DNA of 64,000 nucleotides from Botryllus schlosseri (Eukaryota): the NCBI GenBank assembly GCA_051294905.1, contig CM119371.1, positions 16,122,001 to 16,186,000 of the forward strand. Direction: 5' to 3'. Made by a program: the position numbers and the translations under genes. The notes under the pieces are model-generated. The model was not told the origin of the DNA. It searched no databases and saw nothing but the letters and a program-made list of their open reading frames with translations. Within the stretch, counting starts at the first letter, position 1; the number at the start of each line of letters is the position of its first letter. Positions 1-12,240 of the stretch are shown piece after piece.

Positions 1-795
1 CTCACCAAGCAGCAACGGCCAAACTGCTTTAACTATGCGTAACCAAACACCAATACGCAAGTTACTATTTTAAACTAAGAGTGATGATTAATTATCCTGC
101 TGCGAGGTAGTGGTGTGTGGAACGTGTTGATAACCTGATATGCATCACTGCGGGTGTTCATACAATCACACTAATGTACGTACAGTCGTACACTCGTACG
201 ATCGTACATCGAATATCTATTTACTGTGGATACTTCTTATGCAATGAAGAGCAAAGCTATGTCAAAGTTTATGTCAAAGTCCTTGTGCAAATGAAAAGTA
301 ATCGTTCTTCCTCAAAGAAATCGATTAGATATGGGAAGTAGTCGATTACGATTACTTCGGAATTTTTTCGAATGTAATCGATTGCGATTACGATTACTTG
401 AAAATGCTGTAATCGTCGTAATCGATTACGATTACTAATCGCGATTACCCCATGTCTGGTCACCAACACGAGTTTTCTCGGCCCATCATCACCATAACCT
501 CCTCCAAGGGTGGAATCACCGACGCGTGGCACATAGCACATCATCACCACATGGGGGTCTAAAAGGGTATTATTATCACCACCACGGGTTTTCGGGCACA
601 TCACCACCTCGCCCATAAGAACCCTAGTAAGACCGATCAATACTACTAATATGTTATTATAGGTAAAAACATTGGCATGAGTGGCGCTTATCACAACTGA
701 ATGCTTTTTGCGCCACGGACAGAAACAAGTTAAACAGAAAGTTCATTATATATAACTGAGATAGTTAGGCCTACACATATGCACATAAAAAGGTT

Positions 796-3700
796 TTACA
801 ATATTCCTCGAGTCGATCTAACATATTCAACAACATATCGCAGTACTTGTGGATCAGTCAGTAGGGTTCGCATGTCGAAATTTACATTCTTCGACTCTGC
901 ATGACGTCGTAAGCGTTCTCTTTGATAGCGGTATTTTCTACAATTCATGAGATAATGCTCTACGGTTTCCTCAATACCACATTCTTCGCACAGTTGCGAG
1001 TCGATGCATCCAATCTTGTTGAGATGGTGGTTTAGTCTGCAATGCGTCGTTCTTAACCGCAGCAAAATCGAATTTCCCAACCTTGTATCCACTTCCGATA
1101 GTCTGTCATGTACCGAGGGTCGCAGATCTTTGTACGCTCTCCCAGTATCTGTGGATTGATAAATGCGGTCCCACTCATCTTTGCAGCTCTTTAGCAAGTA
1201 CGACCGTACGTCGGCGAGTGGGATAGCATGATTCCGACGTATGTGTGTATTAGCAGCTCCCGTCCTAGCTAATTGATCTGCAGATTCATTACCGCGTATT
1301 CCGGAGTGTCCAGGCACCCATACAAACGATATGGTGATTTCTGCTGTTCGCAACTGATGGTTCAGCTCAATAATTTCATTCACCAGTGCCGTGTGATATA
1401 GTCCCGGATGTTTGATCGCGTCGAATGCACTCAAGGAATCGCTGAATATTGCAACTTTCGTAGTAACTTGACTTTGCCGTACCCATAGTAAGGCATGTTT
1501 GATCGCAATGAGTTCCACTGAAAAGATCGAGAGAATTCTTGGAAGCGGGCACGCAATACTTATATTTTGTGCAGGAACGTAAACCGAATATCCGCATCCC
1601 GTTTCTGTTTTAGACCCGTCTGTATAGATCTCAGTGCGTTCTTCATAGTTGGCAGATATGTGATCCTTGAAGAGTACTATGACAGTTTCTGGAGATGTTT
1701 CTTTACTAATTGAGAGTGATAGTGAGGAATCTACATTGGGAAGTGACGTTGCCCATGGTGGTGTCGATAGTATCACGTTTCCTGCAATATTCTCACAAGC
1801 CAAGGCGTTGTCATGAGTAAAGGTACGAAAAGTTGAGAATCGCTCATTAATAAAAGCATACATATCCTCCCACGACTCTTGCAACACCGAATAAGAAGGG
1901 TTGTCCGTCTGGGTGGTCAATTGATATCGATATTTGGAACATGCGTACCAGTGCCTCATGTGAAGAGGCATTTCATTGCTTTCAACTTCAAGTACACAGA
2001 TCGGCGTACTACACATGGCACCACAGCATATTCTCAGGGCTTGGTTCCTAATCACTTCAATTTTCTTAAGGTGTGTTTTAGGGGCAAAAAAGTAGGCCTC
2101 CATTCCATAATCGATCACCGAGCGAATTAATGATTTATACAACATCAACAATACATCTTTAGACCCGCCCCAGGTGGTGCCCGAGAGCATTTTTAGCAAG
2201 TTTATGCGTTTGGCACACTTCTTTATAACGTAATCAATATGAATTTTGTAGTTCAACCTCTTGTCAAAGTATACTCCAAGATATTTAAAATTGTCTACAT
2301 ATGTTAGATCATCTTCACCCAACCGAAGTATTGGTGCATCCAAATTGCGCTTTCTTGTGATTAACATGGCGACACTCTTTTCTCTCGAAGCCACAAATCC
2401 CCATTTCGAACACCATCGGACGAATGCATCCAAGCTAGACTGGATATCAGCAGCGAGTTCATTAATATCTAAACCAGATTCCCAAATTGCACAATCGTCA
2501 GCATAAAGACCCACTTTTGATCGTATGTTTGATGGAAGGTCATTGATCATGATTGTAAACAGTATAGGTGATAATACGCTCCCTTGAGGAATGCCGTTTT
2601 CCAGATAGCACAAATCTGATAAGGCACAACCAATACGCACTTGAAATGTCCGAATACGCAAAAAATTCTTGATCCACCTCAACATTTTCCCGGATATTCC
2701 CATACTTTGGAGTTTTACAATCAGTCCATCCCGCCACACCATATCATATGCCCGTCTTATATCTAGAAAAACCGCCAGAATCGATCGCCCATTATTCACC
2801 GCTTTATAAGCTGAGTCATGGAGACTGATTACATGATCAAGAGCACGTCGCCCTCTCCTGAAACCGCACTGTGAAGAGTGGATTAATTTATATTTTTCTA
2901 GGTACCATGTCAATCTGTTTGCGATCATCGTTTCTACTATCTTGCAGAAATGACTAGTCAGTGATATTGGTCGATACGAATGAGGAGAAGTAGGGTCTTT
3001 ACCAGCTTTCAAAATGGGAACGATAATTGAATGGTTCCATGAGCTTGGCATCGCACCTGTGGCCCATGACAGATTTATGATTTCCAGCATTTTTGACTGA
3101 CCTTCGTCCGGCAGATGCTTAAACATAGCATAACACAAGGTATCACCACCCGGCGCCGTATTCTTTTTGGTACGTAGGGCTTGCATTAATTCGTTTACAC
3201 AAAATGGTGCATCAAGCTCACCACACATTGGTATATTACATGGATATATACCGAGCGCATTGTGTCTGTTATTATTGAAATCGGTAGGAAAGTTATTGGT
3301 GCTACTCACGTTTTTGAACACATGGGCTAACGAATTTGCTTTACCAACATCTACGGTAATCTTTTCTCCGCCAATCGTTAAAGTTGGGATTATTCCCACC
3401 GCTGCATTTGTGTTGGAAACAGATCGGGCCACTTTCCACACCGTTTGAAAGTTTGCTCTAGCTCCGAGTGATTCACAAAAAGACTTCCAGGAATACCTCT
3501 TAGCTTGGAGAATTACACTCCTGCATTGCGCACGCAACCTTTTGAAACGAATGATATCCTCCTGCGCAAACGTCCTCTTCATCTTCATGAAAGCGGCCTT
3601 TTTCCTTCTAACAGCTCTGGAGCAATCAGCGTTCCACCAAGGGTTGGGATTCCTTTTATGATTGCGCGTCATAGGTATTGACTTGCTCGCAGCATGCAGC

Positions 3701-4527
3701 ATGATTTGACTGAACTCTCCGACGACTGAATCGATATTGGTTTCAGCTTCCATATTAGTAGGCAATGTAAAGTGATACTCGAAATTCTCCCAATCTGCTT
3801 TTCTCAGACTCCAACTAGGGGGTCTTAATTTGGTTCTTGGGACTTCATTCATATAGGTGGTGAGGACGATCAAATGGTCACTGCCAAGTAGATCATTTGA
3901 CACTGTAGTGGAGCATCTACTTGCTATATCAGCCGACGCAAACGACATGTCTATCAATGACCACCTTCTTACTGCATTACAAGCTATATTCAGATGAGTA
4001 GGTGAGTCCATATTCAGTGACACAATAGAATATTTATCTAATGCGTCATGCAGATTGGTTCCTCGCGTATTAGTTACTTCTGATCCCCAAGCCCAGTGAT
4101 GCGAGTTAAAATCCCCAAATACCAAAGATTTCCAGGAAAGCTGCTGTAAAAACTCGAAATCAGTTCGGTTTGGTATCGAATTGGGAGAAATGTAGACATT
4201 GCAAATCTTAATACCACACACTTCGATGCATAGGACATCGACGTTTGGAGCTGTTTTAAGATCGTATCCGATATGTGTTAGGTTCTGCTTGATTAATATA
4301 GCCAGTCCTCCGCTGTGTACAGTTTTATCCCTGCGTATAACATTATATCCATGAAAAGTTGGTGTGTATTTCTCGATCAAACGAGTCTCTTGTAGCAGTA
4401 TAACATCAGGATGCTTTCTCATTTCGCTAATATATTGCTTAAATTCCGGGAGCTTTCTATATATGCTACGGCAGTTCCATTGTAGAATAAGTAATCCGTT
4501 ATGATTGAAGGTGCCCTGGGATCGCAC
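796..4527 (-). CDS. LINE ORF2 polyprotein: AP endonuclease, reverse transcriptase, RNase H, C-terminal Cys/His motif
   Basis: Uninterrupted 1243-codon ORF with QWNCRS, LQET, GDFNSHH, SDH (APE); YRPISLTS, QGSVLSP, YADD (RT); YTDGSK, FSDS, WVPGHSGIRGNESAD (RNase H); CEECGIEETVEHYLMNC. No ATG before the first APE motif. Confidence 0.96.
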   Translation of the reverse strand: MRSQGTFNHNGLLILQWNCRSIYRKLPEFKQYISEMRKHPDVILLQETRLIEKYTPTFHGYNVIRRDKTVHSGGLAILIKQNLTHIGYDLKTAPNVDVLCIEVCGIKICNVYISPNSIPNRTDFEFLQQLSWKSLVFGDFNSHHWAWGSEVTNTRGTNLHDALDKYSIVSLNMDSPTHLNIACNAVRRWSLIDMSFASADIASRCSTTVSNDLLGSDHLIVLTTYMNEVPRTKLRPPSWSLRKADWENFEYHFTLPTNMEAETNIDSVVGEFSQIMLHAASKSIPMTRNHKRNPNPWWNADCSRAVRRKKAAFMKMKRTFAQEDIIRFKRLRAQCRSVILQAKRYSWKSFCESLGARANFQTVWKVARSVSNTNAAVGIIPTLTIGGEKITVDVGKANSLAHVFKNVSSTNNFPTDFNNNRHNALGIYPCNIPMCGELDAPFCVNELMQALRTKKNTAPGGDTLCYAMFKHLPDEGQSKMLEIINLSWATGAMPSSWNHSIIVPILKAGKDPTSPHSYRPISLTSHFCKIVETMIANRLTWYLEKYKLIHSSQCGFRRGRRALDHVISLHDSAYKAVNNGRSILAVFLDIRRAYDMVWRDGLIVKLQSMGISGKMLRWIKNFLRIRTFQVRIGCALSDLCYLENGIPQGSVLSPILFTIMINDLPSNIRSKVGLYADDCAIWESGLDINELAADIQSSLDAFVRWCSKWGFVASREKSVAMLITRKRNLDAPILRLGEDDLTYVDNFKYLGVYFDKRLNYKIHIDYVIKKCAKRINLLKMLSGTTWGGSKDVLLMLYKSLIRSVIDYGMEAYFFAPKTHLKKIEVIRNQALRICCGAMCSTPICVLEVESNEMPLHMRHWYACSKYRYQLTTQTDNPSYSVLQESWEDMYAFINERFSTFRTFTHDNALACENIAGNVILSTPPWATSLPNVDSSLSLSISKETSPETVIVLFKDHISANYEERTEIYTDGSKTETGCGYSVYVPAQNISIACPLPRILSIFSVELIAIKHALLWVRQSQVTTKVAIFSDSLSAFDAIKHPGLYHTALVNEIIELNHQLRTAEITISFVWVPGHSGIRGNESADQLARTGAANTHIRRNHAIPLADVRSYLLKSCKDEWDRIYQSTDTGRAYKDLRPSVHDRLSEVDTRLGNSILLRLRTTHCRLNHHLNKIGCIDSQLCEECGIEETVEHYLMNCRKYRYQRERLRRHAESKNVNFDMRTLLTDPQVLRYVVEYVRSTRGIL

Positions 4528-5317
4528 TTAACATGTCTTTCAGCGTGGCCGAGTCGAAGGACACGCTTAACCATTTTTCAGACGCTGAGGATATGAGGCA
4601 CGGAACATCGATTTCTTCATTTGTGCGGCATGCAATAGCGGTTTGGTTGACTATTTCTGTCATAAAGGCGAAAAACAGTAACGGGTGCACGGCAGTTAAC
4701 AAAGAGTTTACGTTGGCTTGGTTGTCGTCTTCGTGATGTTGATTACTATTACTGAGGAGAGGAGTGGGTATTTTAGGAAGGTGCGACAGAGAACAATCAT
4801 TATCTTTCGCTTTACATGGTTCTTGTCTGGCTTTGGTAGTTTTGTTCTGCGTCTCTTTCTCTCTAATATTTTCTGAATCAGAGATTCGAGCACATACTGC
4901 AGCGTAACTCAAAGTTACTTTTGATTTAGCTTCATGGTACGGTAGATTTTCCCTCTCTTTAATGATTTGTATTTTCGCTTCCCTTTTGTAGACTGGACAG
5001 CCAGCGTAAGCTGCACTGTGTGTTCCCCGGCAATTCACACATTTCAATTCTATACCATTGCATCCGGAGTAGTCATGATCTTTGCTTCCACACCGAACGC
5101 ACGTATGTCTTCCACCACAATGTTTTTCTGTATGCCCATATCGATTACATCGATGACATCTGAGAGGCGGAGGATTGTATGGTTTTACTTCGAACCTCAA
5201 ATATCCAAGTGATACGTATTCAGGAGCCTTTGGTGTACTGAAACCCAATAAAACACACAAACTTGGAACATAGCCTTGTTCCGATTTCCTCTTGAGCCGT
5301 TTTGCGAACGTGACATT
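4499..5317 (-). CDS. LINE ORF1 gag-like nucleic-acid-binding protein, C-terminal part only
   Basis: PPPLRCHRCNRYGHTEKHC, CVRCGSKDH...C, CVNCRGTHSAAYAGC zinc knuckles; frame stays open upstream to ~5317 (NVTFAKRLKRK...PSLCVLLGF), where the element is truncated. Confidence 0.9.
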   Translation of the reverse strand, partial: NVTFAKRLKRKSEQGYVPSLCVLLGFSTPKAPEYVSLGYLRFEVKPYNPPPLRCHRCNRYGHTEKHCGGRHTCVRCGSKDHDYSGCNGIELKCVNCRGTHSAAYAGCPVYKREAKIQIIKERENLPYHEAKSKVTLSYAAVCARISDSENIREKETQNKTTKARQEPCKAKDNDCSLSHLPKIPTPLLSNSNQHHEDDNQANVNSLLTAVHPLLFFAFMTEIVNQTAIACRTNEEIDVPCLISSASEKWLSVSFDSATLKDMLSAIPGHLQS

Positions 5318-6464
5318 AAAATACTACTACTCGCGGACTGCACCATTCGAATGACCCCAAAATGTTACCTTCCAATTCATACCTTCGTTTTTCACTGCAA
5401 TGCTTCATCATCAAAGCAATTCATAATAGTACTACAGTATACAATATATTACAGATCATACATATATAAGGTCCATGCTACCAATGACGTTATTCACAAA
5501 CAACGGAATAGACAAAACACCAATATCGGCTGATTGAATACAACTAAAAACCATTATAACAGTATCGCTCCGACTACGATATAAGTTGGCATGTTCTATT
5601 CTTCTCGTTGTTTGAGGTGTTGGCCCTGCATTTTCGTTGTGAGGAATCCAAGAGATTTTACTGTAAACGTGGGCGCTGGAATTTATTTCATTGTTTTAAA
5701 ATCACGAGTGAAGTTATTCTGGAGAACGGGGCTTGGATCCCTTGGTTCAGAATACGATATACAGCGTTGTGACGAAATATATTTGAATTCTATCCTTCGT
5801 TTAACTATTATATGATCGATGTAACTTACACACAACGGTTTCGTATTGACGTTTTTGCCTCTGTGATTAATGTCATCGACTTATTGTCCCCAATGGTGCC
5901 TACAGTGAAACCGCAACACCGTAGTCGGGTGGTTATAATATGGCCTATGAACAATGAACAATGAACGATGAACATCATCGACATATGCTTTCTCTGGGGA
6001 TTATTTACTGGAAGTATTTCTTATTTAAAATCTCTCGACTGTTGCTAGAAATGTGCTGGATAATACAGTTTTTTTTGCATTTGCTCAAAATTGCTTCGTG
6101 GCCGGACTAAATCGTCCGGGGAGGGACGGGATGCGGCCCGCGGGCCGTATCTTTGACACCACTGTCTTACGCTATTCACATCCGTGAAAAAATTCGTATG
6201 TTACCAATGAGCGGGCGACGAACGAAAGAACGAACTAACAAATGAGCGAACATGATCTAATGAATGAGTCGTGTAGTTCATGCACGCACATTTTACACCG
6301 CTATCAATTTGCACCGATGACTTGCTCCTCACCTGAATCTGGCCCATGACCAAGCTTTGAAGCTGGGGAGTAGCGTTAGTGTTGTACGCCACGTATGCAT
6401 TGTCTGATACGAAATGTGAAAAAGACAATGCCGAACACGTTCATAAGTTTACTGACGATTGCTA

Positions 6465-6690
6465 CTAATGCAACACGATTCCCATTTTGAGACTTGCAGG
6501 GAGAACGGAAAGAACTCCCTAATTTTTACAGGAATTTTAAGGTTCGAAAAAAGAGGCAAGTGCGTCGTCAACGTCAAATCTCAGGAAATACGTTACCCGG
6601 CATTTCTCTATAAGAATAGTCGTGTATGCGTTAGCAGCCTCGCTATTGCGTCAATGTACTCTAGAGAGAAATCCAGAGACAGTCGTATTA
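6465..6690 (+). repeat. Unclassified dispersed repeat (inverted copy at ~15285-15510)
   Basis: ACGATTCCCA...GACTTGCAGGGAGAACGGAAA...AATTTTTACAGGAATT matches the reverse complement of 15437-15500; boundaries approximate. Confidence 0.6.
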
Positions 6691-7194
6691 GAGCAGTGAT
6701 TCCCAACCGCGGCCCTGAGGGCCGCATGCGGCCCCCAGCTAGCCTTCTTGCGGCCCCCACAAAAATATTGAGAAATCGATCAATGAAAAAAATATATTTA
6801 TAAAATACTCTTACTTGGCTTGGAGTCTGGAGTTTTCAATTAGGATTGCAGGCAAGTTGTGAGTAGACTGCTAAGATTACGTCACTGCTGTTTCAATGCA
6901 ATGTGCCCTAACTTTCCACCCAAGCCCCCAATTGGGGGAGCGAGCTCGAAGGGGGCCAAAAATTATTTAATGAATTAGCATAAATTATAGAGTATTTTAT
7001 GAAATTTTTTGCAACTTTTTCAAAGATTTTTCGCGCCGCGCGCGATTTCAAGATTCCAAGTAACTTAATTATTGGGTGCTCTTCAACCAAGATAAAATAT
7101 GCAAGATTTATAGAAGTGGGCATATTGGCGTAGGCCATTACCGCGTCACGCCGCACGACGACATATAAAGTTTTCGGCCATGTAACATGCGATT

Positions 7195-8040
7195 CCAAGA
7201 AGTGTGCCAGAACGATCGGCAGCGAGAAAACCTTGGCCAAAAAGGACTGCCCTTACGCTGACCGAAAACTTCGTTATGTATGTTTAAAATACATATAGGT
7301 ATATAATTGACCATAGGTGCCTAAATGACTGGCGCTGAATGTTCCTGTCTTGGCAATCTGAACGTCACGAGACAAATAGGCTACCATCCCGCAGGGAAGA
7401 CTTATGCCAGTAAAGGACTACCAATTTGAAATCGTGTGCATCTTTTAGTTTAGCACGTTTGGGCAATTCTATATTTTTTGATATAGCAGACTGGAGGTCA
7501 CGAAATAACAAATAACGTCATGTAACGAAGTCGTACCAACGGGTCCGCCCGTCCGAATATGTTTAATTCTTATTCACGGGCCCTACAGTTTCCAAGACAC
7601 CTCACTCAGCTCTACCGGTAAATCTGATTACGTGAGCAGAGAGGACAAGTAATTGATAGTAATATATATGCAATTCCCGATCTTATTGACCTATTTTATT
7701 TTGAATTATCGAAAATTTTCGCGCACGGCGCTGGCTCACTAAACGGGGATCCTGATTTCGTGGCAGAAGCGAACAACGGGGCGGGGGTCGGTTTATGACC
7801 CTATGGGAGCTCAAGACCTAAGTGTTCTTGGAGGCCTGACGAAGTGCTGTTTCGTTTTTGCCACCAGGTATACGCTCGAATATGTTTAATTATTATTGAG
7901 TGGTCCTACCTTTTCAAACACAACTCACTCGGCTCAACCGGCCAATCTGATTACGTGAGCAGAGAGGGGGTGAAAATTGATACCAATATATATGCAATTC
8001 CCGGTTATATTGATCGATTCGATCATGAAATATCGTAGTT
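7195..8040 (+). repeat. Unclassified ~1 kb dispersed repeat with internal ~320-bp tandem duplication, copy 1
   Basis: Collinear similarity to 18055-19110 (e.g. AGAAGTGTGCCAGAACGATCGGC, GGACTGCCCTTAC, CACCTCACTCAGCTCTACCGGTAAATC). Confidence 0.8.
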
Positions 8041-8199
8041 AATTCACGATCACGACCTATGTAAAATAATCCACTCCTGTATACAATCAACAGGAAAAGC
8101 ATCGCTAGTGTGACGTCATATCTGTTCATACCTCATTTTAAAACCCACTAGGTGGTGCTAAAGAGTTTCCTGACTTTTGATCACAAAAATATGGTAACC

Positions 8200-8578
8200 C
8201 CAGGTTCAACCCTCCTTTTTTAAACTCTGCTCGAGTGATATAGAATAGTTCGCATGCAGCCATACATGATATAGTAATTTTGCTCAGTTTTAACAGTTTA
8301 TGGCCCTATTTTCAAGTATCAGACTGATGGACGAAATACCAATAAGGTGGTAACTTTACTATTTTTCGAAATTACAATGAAATGTCTTTCTTGGCCGTCC
8401 TAGTCTCGAGTCATATGACTTGGTTCGAGTCATGCACGAACTCGAGTCAACGCAAAAATTGACTCGACTCGAGTCATTTTACGGATTTGAAAAAATGACT
8501 CGAGTCAAGTCGCGTCACCAAAAAATCGCGACTCGATTCGGACTCGAGTCGAGTCATGACTGGAGTCATTACAACCTT
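8200..8578. mobile_element. Partial MITE with subterminal GACTCGAGTC repeats (family of 35601-36117)
   Basis: Shares internal sequence and right terminus GAGTCATTACAACC(C/T)TG with 35601-36117. Confidence 0.7.
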
Positions 8579-9381
8579 GTTATGTAGCATCATGGATATT
8601 AGGTCTCAGACTGCAACACCCCCATGACTTTAATCTTGTGGGTTTAGAATTAGTTGTATGCATTTACAATTCTACATTAGTTTCCCATCATGTTATAATA
8701 AATTTTGACAGTGCCGGTACCGTACATCCGAGCCACGGTTGAATGACAGTTCATGAATATATAAGTTACAAGTTGAAATGAGATTCCGTGTTGTGGCATC
8801 ACGTAGGAAGCAGAGTAAGTGACGCATCACATGTTTTCCACGTAACACCTAACCAAATGGGACTGTAAGATAGACGCGGCATCAAGAAACTGCAGAAGTG
8901 ATGAAATACATGCAAGAAATTTCACAAAGGGATAAGAAGCGATGACGCATACGAGCTAACGAGGACGAATAACGTCGACACCACAGAGACAGGGCATGGG
9001 TTATGGACACAAATTTGACAAAAATGATCTTAAGCTGCGGTTCCATTACGGTTGCGTTCTGAAGAAAACGGCTGCTACCAATTGTTCCCTCTATTCTATC
9101 GTGAATATTGAACGATGTCATATTCAGAGCACTGGGAATTAATGTTAATAGCTGTCATCGATATGAATTACATAGTGGGGAACTGATAAGTTACGTTTTT
9201 TGTGAAACTATTGCTCAGGCTCCGTTCGGTTTAATATATGCATATAATCTGTCAGTAAATTCATGTTGAGCTATATTTCGAAATAGGATTTGGTGTATAA
9301 TTTATCTGTGTTTTGTTTGGACAAGTTTCAATAAGATAGAAAAGATAGAAAACCGTAGCGTCTTGCAGTTACCTTCTAAAT

Positions 9382-10012
9382 CCGTGGTTCCCAACCGGTT
9401 CGTATTTCCCCACTGGTGGGGAATAGACCTATCTGGTAAACATTATATACAGGACAGTCTATATATTTACGGGACACCTGCGCAATCACCGTTACTAGTT
9501 AACTGATCTGGAATGTAGGCCTATGTATCGAAAATTGTATTGCGTGTTGTTTGCAAAAACTCATTTTAACTCCGTATAACCAATGATTGCGTCACAAACG
9601 CATCCAGCACGACCATATGATGATGACGTGAAATAGCGCTTTCGCTAAATTTTGCGGTTACCGGTGGTTACCGGTATCGGTTCACAATACGTTTTATGTT
9701 GCAGTTATAGGTGATTATCTTGCGTACTGCATGGATCAAATAGCTGCTCCGTGTACGCCAGATTATTTAGTATTCTATATCATGACGCAGTGACGTAGTA
9801 CCTAGATCGGAAGCACCTAAATATAAAGCACAATCGACATCATCTAGGGCACTTTACGTGCGATCTGTTTTTACCAAAAAAGTGTTGTCTTTTCTGATTT
9901 CAGCGACATGAAAAAATTTACAGTGTAATGACAAAAGTTTTGGGTAGTGGGGAATGAAGGCTGGGAATAAATCTGAAGTGGGGAATGAAGACAAAAAGGT
10001 TCGGAACCACTG
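9382..10012. mobile_element. hAT (Charlie/Buster-type) MITE
   Basis: Termini CCGTGGTTCCCAACC / GGTTCGGAACCACTG; flanks TTCTAAAT / TTCTAAAA (7/8 TSD). Confidence 0.75.
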
Positions 10013-10474
10013 TTCTAAAACATTGATTTTGAGCATCTGCGATAGAGCCTGCGGAGGGGTGATTTTGATTTTCAAGGGGACGATAATATTCAGGAGGGAT
10101 ATGGGACGCACCGGGACTCCATGGGGCGCGGAAGAAAATGAAGTAAAAGTGTGATAGTAAATTCTTGATTCAAATTTTAATTGGATATCTTCTTTGATCA
10201 AATCTCCACATTTGTCGTCCCGCTTCGTGCGATATATAATCACCATACAGGCAGTATGCTTAGAAAAGTGTATGGCTGTTATTGTGGCCAACCTGCGGCC
10301 GCAGGAGGGAATTCGTGCGGCCGTGGACACGTAATTCAATTATTTCGTGTTGGCGGCCGTCGAATTTAAAGAGATTTTACTAAACCCTTCGCGCCGCGCG
10401 CACTTCAATGCGACTTCGTTTGTCGATTTTAATATAGTAGCGCCTTTTCAACCTGAGAACCGCAGTACAGATGT

Positions 10475-10841
10475 TAGTATTATTATTATGATTCACAACA
10501 GTGGTGCTTATAGCCTGTTTAAGGCTTTGCGCTCCAGGGCACTATAATTTGTATAGTACAATGACTTCATTTCTTTGTCTCATGAACGGTCTTGCACTCT
10601 CTCAGGCACTCTCTTCAGGCAGTCTCTGTCACGCGCGCTTCATAATCGTCTCTTTTGCTGCCGACTTGTAGCTCGGCCCACTGTGACTGGGCTTTTTAAG
10701 TCACCGCGACTGCAGTGAGGTCGGCGATGAGGAGCACATATAGCCTATATATAACCACGTAGAAATTAGTCTGAACCGGGGTTCGAATCACTGCCACTGA
10801 TGTCGTGTCGCTGGCGCTTAACCAACTGCGCCACTCGCTTC
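10475..10841 (-). mobile_element. tRNA-derived SINE, family A (shared core, I-group LINE-like tail)
   Basis: A box TGGCGCAGTTGG, B-box-like GATTCGAACCC, core ...GTGGGCCGAGCTACAAGTCGGCAGC, 3' hairpin and (TAA)n tail; perfect 15-bp TSD CCGCAGTACAGATGT at 10460-10474 and 10842-10856. Confidence 0.88.
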
Positions 10842-11899
10842 CCGCAGTACAGATGTGAACAGCAGAGGAAAACGATGCGCCCCATATAGAAATATCAACT
10901 TTGAATCGTGTCTTCATCACGAAAGAAATTTGTTTCTAGAGCGTTTGGGTGATTTCAATATATTTCCACAATACCGACTATCCTGATGAAAAAGCAAGAA
11001 ATAACAGCATATGCAAAAAGTGACTAATTGGCTCACCCGAAGATACATCATTGTTTATACTTCCCCAAATTTTCGAAAACACACCCTCCATCAACCCTGC
11101 CGAGGAGTCTGTTCGCATGGGCTGAGGATAAATGTTTGATAGGAATATGTGAAACTACTAATATTAATGACGAATTCAATCGTGGATCTGAAAAATTTTC
11201 GCGCTTCGCGCGACCATGACGAATCCAGTAGTATATTCATAACATGATCAGTGAAGTCATTGACCACTCGCGATTTAGGTGCGTATAGTAAGCCGATGTG
11301 AATATAAGTAGAATAGTCTGGAGCTGACCTAAAATGGACATGGACAGTTTAAAATGGGGATTCGGCGTATATAGTCTGTTCATTAGTACTATGCCCTGGA
11401 ATGCGGCCGTGAATAGTAAAAAGGTTGGCCTCCTCTGATGTAAACTATGGGTCACGTGCTTCTTCCGCGTGATTGTAGACCCCAAAATCCCCCTTCACAC
11501 AGTTTCATCGTATGTTACGCGTAGGGGTTTAGTCAAATATATATTTGAACAAGGCATTTAATCTTGCATAACACACCTTGTCGTTATCGTGGGTAAAATC
11601 CCGACACCACTTTTGTGAATGTGTGTCTATTGTACAGTAGCAACACTTTCAAGCTTACTGGCCAAAATCATAAACTACATATTCTCATATCGGAGTGCTT
11701 CGAAATGGTACAAACACCTGATGTGAGCCCAAAATAGTACATACGAATTGCAGATCTTTTTTAGTCGGGTGGTAATTGGGCTCTATTCAAGAACCAAAAA
11801 ATTCGGATGATCAAGTTCACTCCAAACCCAAAAAGCTCGAACAGAATCCGAGCCCATCGTCATAATCACCACCCTTAAAATATGCGGGAGCGCGCCAGA

Positions 11900-12060
11900 C
11901 GATGACCATTTCTGAAAAGGGATGCCAAGGCACGCAAATGGAACTGTGAACGGTCCCTCCCAACGACGCGAAATCTGTCGTCTCGATTATTATTCGAGCA
12001 AATCGGATTATCTAATAGATGTTTGCCGATGGCAGAATTAATGGCCTTTGATCTGTCAGC
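11900..12060 (-). pseudogene. Penelope-like element fragment (C-terminal part of GIY-YIG endonuclease)
   Basis: Translation SAIGKHLLDNPIC...FRVVGRDRSQFHLRALASLF resembles the SAI.xH...F.IL...L..LE.L.I end of Penelope-like endonucleases. Confidence 0.6.
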
Positions 12061-12240
12061 ATCAAGCTTAATCGGATGAGTCAGGGGTGAGCTTCTCAAC
12101 GAGCCTGATGCAACTGATCAACTAATAACTCAACAACTACTCAAGTATAGGCCTACTCAAAACGATGCATTTTGTAGCATGCGCATTGCGCATAGACTTC
12201 TCAAGATTACATACCGGTTGGTTTAGCATAGGGTTGCCAT

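Larger units (their letters stand above)
649..5319 (-). mobile_element. Non-LTR retrotransposon (LINE), I group (I/Nimb/Ingi-like), 5'-truncated within ORF1
   Basis: Contains ORF1 (CCHC knuckles) and ORF2 (APE-RT-RNaseH-zinc motif); 3' UTR hairpin GTGGCGC...GCGCCAC at 681-716 then short TAA-like tail; candidate 10-bp TSD AATACTACTA at 639-648 and 5320-5329. Confidence 0.92.

Noticed and set aside
269..694. 141-aa ORF
   Set aside because: Runs across the LINE 3' tail and short GATTAC/CATCACCAC repeats; no protein motif
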